Below, piece by piece: positions 53,563-64,000 of a DNA stretch of 64,000 nucleotides. The first letter of the stretch is position 1. Each line of letters opens with the position of its first letter. Origin of the DNA: Lama guanicoe (Eukaryota); contig MU053304.1 of NCBI GenBank assembly GCA_013239625.1, forward strand, positions 2,914,001-2,978,000, written 5' to 3'. Under the pieces are notes generated by a model, which did no database searches, was not told the origin of the DNA, and worked only from the letters and a program-made list of their open reading frames with translations. A program made the translations under genes and the position numbers.

Positions 53563-56500
53563 TGTTTATTCACGGCATTAACCCAATAACTAACTGCTCC
53601 TCTACTTCATGCTGGAGGTTTTCTGGTCTAGAAAAGAGTTGCAGCTGTCCTTTGGCCTCGGGCACACCTGGGAAACAAGTCTCCTCTTGCCTGAGGAAAA
53701 ACAGCCATGTCATCCTCCACTCCAGGAATACACACCCCTCTGGGGAAACAGGGAAAAAACCACATCTACATTAGCAGAAATTCAGACACTCCCCCTCGAA
53801 TTGCTGTTTCCATAATTAAGGATGAGAGTGTGTCCCCGAAGTACTTGCAGATAACAAGGTCTATAGGATGAAGAAAAGTACGAAAGCAGGAACCACACCA
53901 CAAAAGTTTCCAAGGGGATCATGGCACTTGTGGCACAAGCCCACACCCCGAATGTCACAGGTCAACACAGCGGAGGCACCAACGCGAGGTGGGCCGGTGG
54001 TCACTCTTACCGAAGGGCCCTGGCTTCTTTGACACTATGTATAATTAAAGTTCAAATTCAGGGGCATTTGTCAACTCCTCCAATATGTATGAATCACTGA
54101 AGTTTTAATAGGCACATCAGAACATCCTGGGGAATTTTCCCACCTTTAAGGTATTTTCAAGAAGTTTTTAATAAATTCCCTCTAATTGTTCTAATTAAAA
54201 TATCTTATTTTCCCAAGTATTGAGAGGATGGTTTCAAGAAGAATTTTGGAATTCTATTTAATTAATGGCATTTACATGTTCCTCCTCCTCAACCGCGATT
54301 CCCATGGCTATGAAGGCTGGACAAGGTTTTATTTAGACGTTTACAGCTTTGCAAAAGAAGAAAAATATTGAAAAAAATGGGACAAATTCAGAGTCATGAC
54401 TACTATATGTTTATTAAGGTGAATCAAAATTTTATTCTCATTCCTGAATCCATGGCATTTATGAAAGATGAACTCTCAAAATACCCGCTGCATTTATTTT
54501 ATTCCTTATCAGATTCCTAGGAGAAGATGAATTGGAAGTTTTTTTATATCTATTACAGGGATACGCCAGATCATAATAAATTAATGAGAAAATTTGCCTT
54601 AAATGTGCAAATTCTTTCTCAACTCTTAAATTCTTTAAATACAAGTCATTGAAGCAGTGTCTACAGTAATATTAGCTACCCATTAATTGAATATTTATGA
54701 AGTATCAGGTTTCTTATATATTTACTGATGTATTTAGTCCTCACAGACTCCCCCCAAACTGTTACTAGTCCCATTTGATAGGGAAGAAAACCAAGTCAAG
54801 GAGTGGTTGAATTCTCAAGGGGCCACATCCAAGAAGTAGTTGAGCAGGATATTAAAACGGGCATTTTGATTTCAGAGTCCATGTTTTTGAGAAACTAACT
54901 GTCATGGCAGTCACTCTTCCCACGAAATATGAATCATGATGGCAGTTTAATGGCGCCAAAGCACCCACTGGCCCCAATGTGTTCCAGGAAATGGCCACCA
55001 CAGAAAACCCTCCACCTGCAACACCGAGGAAATCTGCCTTCTTTTGAAACGTCCCAAACTGCTTTCTTGTCCCCTCGCCGCCAAGCAAGGGCTGCCAGAT
55101 GTACGTGAAGACCAATTAGAAAGTCACCCCATTTCCAAAGCTGCCACCTTAATAGAGCACTTGTCAACCAGAAACTGTCTCAGTTTTTCATCTTTTTTAC
55201 TCCATTAAACTGAGCCTCCTTTGAAACTTGGGACTCCTGCTGAAATGAAGGTGACAGCAGATGGCTTCCCGTCCCACAAGTTCATTAATAAGCAGCCTCT
55301 GTTCACGTAGCCTTAACTTAATTTTTGTCTTTGATAACCAAACACAAGCCAATTTGACCCTTTATATTCACGATTATGGGAAAATAATAAAATTCAAAGT
55401 CATCGCAGTTCTTAGGCACTTCACTCACTGAAATTACAGTCAACTTTATTTAACCATTTTTTAAAAAACTGATCCGGTATTATTATTTAAAAACATAATT
55501 GAAAGCTGGATTCTTTGATAGACTGTGTCATTATAAAATAAATAATTATTACATGGTTTCCAACAGAGGAATTTATAGAGGAAAAATAGAACAATCTCTT
55601 ATTCACCATAATGGTCAGAGTTCCCACAGATAGATGGAAAAATGTCTCTACACTGCATCAGGATTAATGAAATACATCATTTGCCCCAGATATGCCAAGA
55701 TGGTCCTAAGCGTTGAGCCATACCACATTCTGAGCTTCGTTATATCGCCCCATATAACCCAGATCCTGAAAGGACATAGAATAAGAAGTTTGCTCTTTAT
55801 ACTCTTCATTTATTGCTGTAAGAAGCACTTATTTGCCAAAAGATAAACACTGCCACCTGCTGAGATAAGAGAATAAAGTGTGCAAGCTTATGCACTTTTA
55901 CAACGCAGCAACATTTTCTGCTTTTCATGTGAGAACGGTAAAATGTGTGCTCTTCATTTCTCAATAAAATATACAGACTTCTGACTTGTTGTGGTAACTA
56001 CTTAAGATCGCACAGCCTCATGAATATAGTAGCAAAGGCAACGTTTGTTCAAAGAGATTCATCCAACATTTCCTCAAAGGTAGAATGAATAACGGTCTTC
56101 ATGTTCATTGCATTTACAGCTTCCAGATAACTTTTCTGGGATTCTTATCTCTTGCTTGCTCACAGATAGTCACAAACTCATTTTTAAGTTCTAGGTAATA
56201 CAACCTTACACTCCAAATTCAAGAGGACATTTAGGAATAGAGAGAAACTGATGGTATTTTTCTTGACTTGCAAAATTCAAGGAGACCTCTCTCACACACA
56301 CACACACACACATACATAACTTTATCAATTCCCCTTCGTGTCCTAAGCCAATATCCATTCTGGGCATTTTTTATAAAAAAAAAAAACCAAGGTGTTTCAA
56401 AGGGAAGGAAAAGAAGGTGTGAGAGAGTAGTGAAAAGAGTTAAAGACTCAGAGTTAAACCAGATCCCTAGTGGAGTCTCCCAGATATTATGCTGAATTGA

Positions 56501-57171
56501 CCTCACAGGCCTGTGAAATTCTACTGAGCTTACCCTAAAAGAGCAAGGCAATCCTATAAGTGGCACTTCCAAACACAGACTACCCTGGTATAACAGAACC
56601 AAAGTCATAAAGCACCAAAACATTTTTTATGAGACCACTTTTTGAGGACTTCTGTAATTTTGAGAGCATCGATCCAACTCCTTTTCCAGTTCAGATTTTA
56701 TGCTACAGCAGTTGAGTGTTTTTCTATCATCATTCAATGACTTCATCCATTAGGTTTTATTTTTCATTTCAGATGTCAGTTGTGCTAATCACAAAAAAAC
56801 ATCAGAAACTAAGTCATGCCCTCAAAAGTGTACTTTGTTCAAAAGAAAGAAAGAAAGAAATTCTCAAGCTTTTATAGCCTGCTTTCCAATCAAAGAAACT
56901 AATAAAGTTCTTTGTAAACATATCTCCTAGCGTGATATTGCAGAGCTAATAAAGAATTGTTGAAAGACACAACCCAGCTATGAATAGATGCAAAGAGTTA
57001 ATACCAATAAATGTATGGCTTAGGTCTTTTTCCCATGAGATCAAAGTTTGATTTCCTGTTAAATAATATGCTTCTGAAAGGCAAATACCAAGTGTATTAT
57101 GGTGTGAAAACCATGAAAATTGACCACTTATCACTTGCAAAAGACTGTAAAAATGGATTGAGCACTCAAGT

Positions 57172-57742
57172 TTTTTTACTGAGGTGAAATTCACATAACA
57201 TAAAATTAACCGTTTTCTAGTGAATGATTCATTAGCATTTACTATATTCACAGTGCTGTGCAATTGGCATCTCTAATTCCAAAATATTTTCATCATCCCA
57301 AAAGGAAACGCTGTACCCATTAAGCAGTTGCTCTCCAGTCCCCACCCCCATCTCTGGCAAGCACCAATCAACATTGTCTCTCTATGGATTTACCTATTCT
57401 GGATATTTCATATAAATGAAATCACACAACATGTGACCTTTTGTATCTGGCTACTTTCCCTTAGCATAACGTTTTGGTTTTCAAGGTTCCCCTATATTAT
57501 GACATGCATCAGTATTTCACTAATTTTATTGGCTGAATAATATTCCATTGTATAGACATATCACAATTTGTTTATCTATGCACCATTGGTGGACATTTGA
57601 GCTGTTGTGAGCTGTTATGACTATGCATGTACATGTCCTTAAGTACCAGTTTTCAGTTCTTTGAGTGTATATCTAGGAGTGGAATTGTGGGGTCATATTG
57701 TAATTTTGTTTAAATTTTTAAGGAATCTCAATACTGATTTTT
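57172..57742 (-). mobile_element. Antisense L1MB-like 3' end
   Basis: gaggtgaaattcacataacataaaattaac...ggatttacctattctggatatttcatataaatg...taggagtggaattg. Confidence 0.85.
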
Positions 57743-60700
57743 AAATCAACAACAATAACAACATAAAAGATGGAGCTTGCCAAGTAGCAGAGAGTAGGTC
57801 ATGATACCCATGAGTTATGTAATGACCAACCATATCTGACCTAACTGGGATCCAGGACTTCCCCAGAATGAGCACAGCTGTGGAGATGAAACTTTTCTGT
57901 TAGAATCTATATTCTTTTTCACCAGGGTAGAACTGGCCCATACTTAAGAGTGAAAAACATGTTCTAATATGAGGGAAGGAAAAAAATAACATGGATCAGA
58001 ATCTGCCACTAGGCTGATTGTACCAATAAGTCAAAAATTACTACCTTGGATACAACAAATTACCCTTTAAAATGCAGCCCATTGTAATAAATAATAACAG
58101 AGATCTGTCCAGTGTCAGAACCGCAGTTATATGAATCACAAGGGAAACAAGCCATATAGTGTTACTCATTAATTATATTCACTGAATAAAACATCAATTT
58201 CATTAAAATTAACTCAATTTGTGTAATATGAGAATTTTTAAATAGACCTTTGTGGCCTCTTTTGCTCTGTTTTCTAAACCTTTTAATTTTTTTTCAAATA
58301 CTTCATTTTATATTTATCATTATATTAAAATCAGACAATTCTATTAAGCAATTAAACAAATACACATTTAAAGAATGCTTTATACACTCATGGCTTTAGC
58401 TTCTTTTTTCCATTGTCTTAGAAGGATTGCTGTCGACACCCCGTGTTTTGAAATGAACGTCACAAGAATAATAAGTGGGGACCGCCCTTACTGTGGCTGT
58501 TGTTCACAGAAGAGTGAAACTTCCACTTGAGAACGAACAGCTTGCTTTTGGAACTTCCCACTGGCCACTCTATTACAAAACGAAGCTCCTGGATCATCAC
58601 TGTATCCACCTTTTCAGTCTCCAAATGTGGATAGTGAGAGTCTGAGCCCTTGCTCTTTAGATTTCCAAAAACTATTATTTTTAATTTCTCATTTATTATC
58701 TGTAATGTTTAGGGGGGGATTTCTAATCTATTACAATATAATTGCTATGAAAAGTGTGAATTTAAAATTACCAGATCACAAGGAATTGAGACTCTGTTTT
58801 GGATAAAAAGCATTGTTTAGTTCAAAAACATTTATTTTGTCTTTAAATCAGACATTATGCTAAATCATGAGCTACTATAAGTTGAAAGAAATACAAGTTG
58901 TTAGAAAAGATATTCCATTTTTATGAGGACAATTCACATCCATAAAATCCTGTATGAAAGTTAAATATACAAGAATAGATTAGACCATAATCATCTATAC
59001 TGTTGACCTTCCTCATGAAACATCTCAGCTCCTCTGTTTAACAGAAAGATCTTTAAAAGCAAAACTATCCCAGGGCTCTTCAATTTTAATTTAATTGACA
59101 AAAAAGGTATCTCCCTAAGATACCTTTAATACATTGAGTCCATATTTCAACTATGATTTCTGAATAGACAGCACTGTGCTCTCTCCTGGAAAATATGTTC
59201 ATGTATGAAGCACAGTTATTTTAAAGATGACTGCTAAGCTGGCGATCTTAATGATAGCAAACATTTATCTTCATGCTGCTATGTGCCAGGCATTCCTAAT
59301 CCTCAAAAGAAGAACGGTTATCATCACCACCTTCCAGACGAGAAACCTGAGACAGAGTGGTAACTTGCCCAAGAATTAAGAGTTGGAACGACAATGTACA
59401 CACAGGCGATCTGACGCCAAACCCCACACACATTTCACTACTCCCTACAGCACTCCAGACAGAAATAAAGTGGGTACACGTAGTGGAAATGCCTGGCAAT
59501 GAGCTTCTGATTACTGTGGCATCCATTTCAAAGACACCTATCTTGATTAAATGCCCTTTTTAGGAAGCCCTGGGTGACCTAGATAACAGACCATCCAGTG
59601 ACCCTGATTCTTCCCTTCCTGTGTCCTAATTCCTGCATCCTAATTAAAACACTCACGTTTTAAATTCACCAATAGCATGTGAACCCGTGAAACCCCAGGC
59701 TTCCCACCCTTGACCCCAGTAAAGGCAGAGACCCAAGTCCACACCGTCTCCCCCTACTCCTCTGAGGCCCTTGAGAAAGGACTTGTGGGTCACAACCTCT
59801 TCATTTTCCCGAAGTTCCCTAATGGTTGTTGCCGAGGTGCATCTTCTTACCTTATAACAACAACCACAAGGGCCAGGCCAGCCACCACGCTGTCTCTGGG
59901 TGGGGAAGTGTCTGTGGGGACTCCCCACAGGTCACAGGGGCTCAGGCAAGTGCCCCAGGCATCCGAGCCGGTAGCATCACTGTCAACAAGCCAAGACTAA
60001 CACCCAGCGACATATGAGCAGTTTTCCTACGACCTCAGGTAAACGCTGATTCTTTTAAGTAGTTTGGGATACGTGGAACCCTTCATAAACATTCTACAAA
60101 GAAAGAATACCTCAAAACATAAAAATTAGAGGAATAAGTCATTTTCTGGCCAAAGGCTTCACCTAAATTTGTCTGTCTTGAGACATAGGGTCATCTCCAC
60201 GACCACACGTTGGCTGACTCTTTTGAGTGATGTAACAAAATAGTATTGCCGCCTTCCTTGAAGCCACTCAATGTGTAGAAAAAGTCAGTGCCTGCTGCTG
60301 CTTTAGAATTTTCAAAGTAGCAGCTAAAATTTGGCCCGGTTTCCTCTAATCCAGGCTCCCCTTGGCCTCACCATCTCTGAACTTCCTCCCTTCCTGAACT
60401 AAAGTTTTTGTATTTTGTTTTGCTTTTGTTTTATTTTTTTCCCGTCTTGAGAACTAGACATCCATAGACGATCGGAGAAGTAGTTCTCGCCCCCAAGCCT
60501 TCCTACTGATCAGCTGACACTCTTCTCCCATAATTAAGTCGTCTTCACTGAGGAACGGAGTGTAATGGGTATGATCCCTGGGCTCTAAAACCAACTTCAG
60601 CACCGAAAGCACCTTCCTCAATTTAAAATCAAGGCTGTCATCTGCTTGGTAACAGTTGCTAGGAGCATTAAATGAGATGATCTATGTCCATGGTTTGGCA

Positions 60701-61297
60701 GTGTCTGATACACAATAAGCACTCAGCCACACTGATGATTTTTAATATTAAGAAAACAATTCCATGAGAATCTCATGTATTCTCTTGCTCTGGAGTCAGG
60801 CATCACTGGTTTTATATTGTGCTTTATCTTTGAACATTCATTTTTAAAATGCATTGTGGCATTTTTACATAGAAAAGCCTTTTTAAAACCTTTTTTTTTT
60901 TAGTATTTCAGCATCAGGATGATTCCCCTGGTACCTCAACTGTCTTCCACCCAGATTTTTAAATTCAATAATTTGAATGTCTATTCTGTTTAACTTTTCC
61001 TTCGCAAAAAACCTGTGTTCATTTTCTTACAGCCCAGCCATCAATCCGGAGTATATTTGCTATTAAATAAGATCCATTTTATTTTCCCTATATGCTTCCC
61101 TAATTTTATTGAGTGTGTCTCAATTTTTTTTTCTAAAGGAGGGAAGGGTAGATATATTCTTGAATATGAGGGAAAGAAGATTAAGCTTCTATTCCAATTT
61201 TGCCTCTCTCATTCTGAGCTGCAAAAAAGTAAAATACCTAAATAAATAATAAAATTTGTAATCAAATTCCAAACATGTATGTCCCTCTGAAAAGCTT

Positions 61298-61945
61298 AGA
61301 ATGTAAACTGGTATAGGCACTATGGGAAACAGTATGGAGTTTCCTCAAAAAATTTGAAAATAGAATTACTATATAATTCAGTAATTTCACTTCTGGGTAT
61401 TTATCCACAGGAAATGAAAACATTAACTTATGTTCATTGCAACATTATTTATAATAGCTGAGACATGGAAAAAAACCTGTGTCCATCGATGGATAAATGG
61501 ATAAAGAAGAAGAAAATACTGGCATATTATTCAGCCATAAAAAAAGAAATCTTAATAATATTGGGAGACAATGATGGAATATTATTCAGCCATAGAAAAG
61601 AAATCTTGCCGTTTGCCTCAGCATGGATGGTCTCTGAGGGCATTTGATTAAGTAAAATGTCAGACAGAAAGATACATACTATATCATGTTACTTACATGT
61701 GGAATCTAAAAAGCCAAATGTAGAACTCATAGATGCAGAAGACATATTGATGATTGCCAGAGGCAGGGGTTGGGAGATGAACAAAGAGAGTGAAGGGGGT
61801 CAAAAGGAACAAAATCCTGGTTATAAAATAAATAAATCATGGGGTGAAATGTACAGCATGGTGACTATAGTTAATAAAATGTACTGCCTGTCTGAAAGTT
61901 GTTGAGAGAGTAGATCTTAAAAATTCTCATCACAAGGAAGAAAAC
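61298..61945 (+). mobile_element. L1MA (L1MA9-like) 3' end
   Basis: aatgtaaactggta...cacttctgggtatttatcc...gtacagcatggtgactatagttaataa...gagagtagatcttaaaaattctcatcac. Confidence 0.88.
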
Positions 61946-61974
61946 ACACATCATGAATATAGACATGCAACGCA

Positions 61975-62348
61975 AAAAAATTTGCTCCGAAATCTTTATT
62001 CAATAGAAATGATAGTAACAGCCTTCCAAGTAGAATCTAGGAGACACATTGTTAAACTACTCTGGTTACATTCATCAGTATCGTGATGCCATCAAGAGAT
62101 AAAACAAATTTAAAATAACCAGTGACATTTGCCAGAGTGTATATTCGTTTTTGTCATCTCCATCAAATAATATCAAGACATGATGTAACTTCACTGCTTT
62201 AATGGTCATATCTGTGAAACTAAGGACAGTGTATAAATGGTTGACTTGTGGAAAAAGAGAAAATATAGAAAATATCAAAACAGCTTGCTGGCCGTCGGTG
62301 AAGCCCAGCTCTTGAAGACCGTGGTTCCTCACCCCAGGCTGTCCTCAG
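61975..62348 (-). other. DAW1: DAW1 3' UTR (about 370 nt)
   Basis: Runs from the TGA to just past the minus-strand AATAAA (tttatt at 61995-62000). Cleavage site estimated. Confidence 0.7.
61995..62000 (-). terminator. Polyadenylation signal AATAAA of DAW1
   Basis: tttatt on the + strand, about 350 nt downstream of the DAW1 stop; the downstream minus-strand sequence is U/GU-rich. Confidence 0.7.
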
Positions 62349-62383
62349 TCAGCGCCATATCCTGCAGGTATTATCCTTGCTGC
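62349..62383 (-). CDS. DAW1: DAW1 (WDR69, dynein assembly factor with WD repeats 1) terminal coding exon, 35 nt
   Basis: Minus strand reads tttgccttattag|GC AGC AAG GAT AAT ACC TGC AGG ATA TGG CGC TGA = (G)SKDNTCRIWR*, the end of a WD40 repeat matching the recalled DAW1 C-terminus. DAW1 is the known convergent neighbour of SPHKAP. Confidence 0.9.
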
Positions 62384-64000
62384 CTAATAAGGCAAATTTC
62401 ACAAAGTTATTTCTTCTTTATCATTTAACTCCCTCTCTTTTTACAGGATGACATTTTCTAGGTCATTGTCGATGATCAATGCACTTAATGGGCTAGATTC
62501 TCAGCACCCAGCTACAGAGCCCCTCAGCACCTCAGGCATTTGGAGAGCATGAATCTTTCTTTTTTCTTTTTTCTTTTTTTTTTTTTTTTGTACCTCAGTT
62601 ATAAATTGGGCAAGTTCACCTTCTACTCACAACAGCAAGATTCATGCCATCTTGGAATGGGAGAATGGGAGAAGACCTAAGAATGCAACCACGCTAGCCA
62701 TCCTTCTGCTCACTGCTGTCCCCTCAACCTCAGACATCACCACCAAGTGGAAATACACTGACTTTGAGCACCTTCTGGCTTGAGTGATTGGCTTATGAGT
62801 AGGCAGCATAGTTCACTTTGCAATATTCAAAATGTCAGTAGAGTTTTCTTGTCGTCAGTCAAATGTGAGTTTTGCATCCTCCTCCCCATGCCTGTGACAG
62901 ACACTCTTCCAAAGCAGCCGTGGTACCCTCCTCCCCTAGGGGACACCACTCACACTGCCTGTGGAAATGACAGCCCTGGCAGGGAGCGGTGCTGGGCGCT
63001 GCTGGTTCTCGCAGCTGCAGGGGCCAGGCACGCAACAGCCACACAAGAAGTGTGGGGGCTGCACAAAGTCCGTGAAAACCGCACATTCCTCCCAAAGGCA
63101 CCGCGTATTTTTGAAAATGTGAGGACCGCACCAGACAGTTTTCCTCCATTTTGTGATGCTAAAGCCTCAGGCAATCCACTGAAAAATGCATGCAGCTCAT
63201 CACACTGGGGTCCGCCAAGAAAATAGGGCAGATCAATGCAGACAGGGCTCTCTGCTGATGGCAAGGCAGAAGTGTCACCCCCCCCCCAGAAGCGCTGTCG
63301 TCTAGTGGGCCAGTATGCAGCGCTTTGGTGCTTTGGGATGAACTAAATAAATCAACAATATCTTAAAAGAGCCCAGGAATCTAAGGGCCGGCACTAAAAC
63401 AAGGCACAAACAACTAACACTGCCTCCCTAAACTCCCCAGGGTCTTCCGTGGCTGCAGAGCCGGCCTGGCTTAGCGTGAACCGTGCGCACTAGGACAGGC
63501 TGGTCCTCTGACAGACCAGCCCCAGCTTCTGTGGTTCCTGTCACAGCCTCCCACCTCTCTCCCCATCATGGGGAGGGATCTGACACTATTAATTGTGGCG
63601 TTGCCTCCGGAGTAGCTACATTTTAGTGATGCTTGTAGATAGTAAAATCCAAAGAAAGTAATCTGCAATTTTAGAAATTATCCACAATTAGGTAGAAAGG
63701 GGAGGTGTTTTAGAAAAAAGGAGAAGATGATTCTCAATACTTCTTAAGTTATGTGACCAGGAAGCTACCGAATCAACCAACCTATAAGCCAACCTCGTGG
63801 ATGTGACGTTTACCTTATTAGACCAGTTAAGCAATTTAAAAATTCTCTCAATGAGAATCACTGAGAGCGAGGCGGATTCTCTCCTCCGCGCCCTCTGAGG
63901 GCATCCCCACCCCACGCCGTTGTGGCTCCCCACTCCCTCCAGGCTTTCCTCCAGAGGCACCGCCCTATCATTATACCACATTCCTTCATTTTCTTCTCTT

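Noticed and set aside
25531..62530. REST/RE1-like half sites (TCAGCACC at about 25533, 60597 and 62501; partial match in the exon at 26912)
   Set aside because: None has both half sites with correct sequence and spacing.
62780..63264. Overlapping 96-148 aa ORFs near the window end
   Set aside because: No recognisable homology or WD40 motifs; GC-rich intronic sequence of DAW1.
1..64000. CRISPR array, operon, phage or other foreign insert
   Set aside because: No regularly spaced repeat-spacer structure or compositional discontinuity was seen; everything is consistent with mammalian exons, introns and interspersed repeats.

Overview
Mammalian genomic DNA, probably camelid (inferred from a tRNA-Ala-derived vic-1-like SINE and the young L1 3' ends). 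It is not prokaryotic, and nearly all entries in the ORF track are noise. The + strand carries the 3' part of SPHKAP (SPHK1 interactor, AKAP domain containing) as seven coding exons: 6140-6395, 7536-11301, 26830-27015, 28876-28962, 31136-31188, 31281-31465 and 39946-40089. These have GT-AG boundaries and matching phases and splice into an uninterrupted 4677-nt frame (1558 aa plus TAG). The 3' UTR runs to an AATAAA at 41793. I did not recognise the 5' exons; they are presumably upstream of the window. On the - strand, a 35-nt terminal coding exon (62349-62383, GSKDNTCRIWR*) and its 3' UTR mark the end of the convergent gene DAW1, which the ORF track misses. The rest is intron and about 20 kb of intergenic DNA filled with L1, L2, MIR, MaLR/ERV LTR and DNA-transposon fossils. 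Gene and repeat names come from recalled sequences, not database searches; repeat boundaries are approximate. I found no convincing new biological system. The best leads are a possible internal first or cryptic exon in the long SPHKAP intron, a YCAY cluster after a skippable exon, two TSD-bracketed chimeric retro-insertions, and co-oriented CTCF-like motifs.
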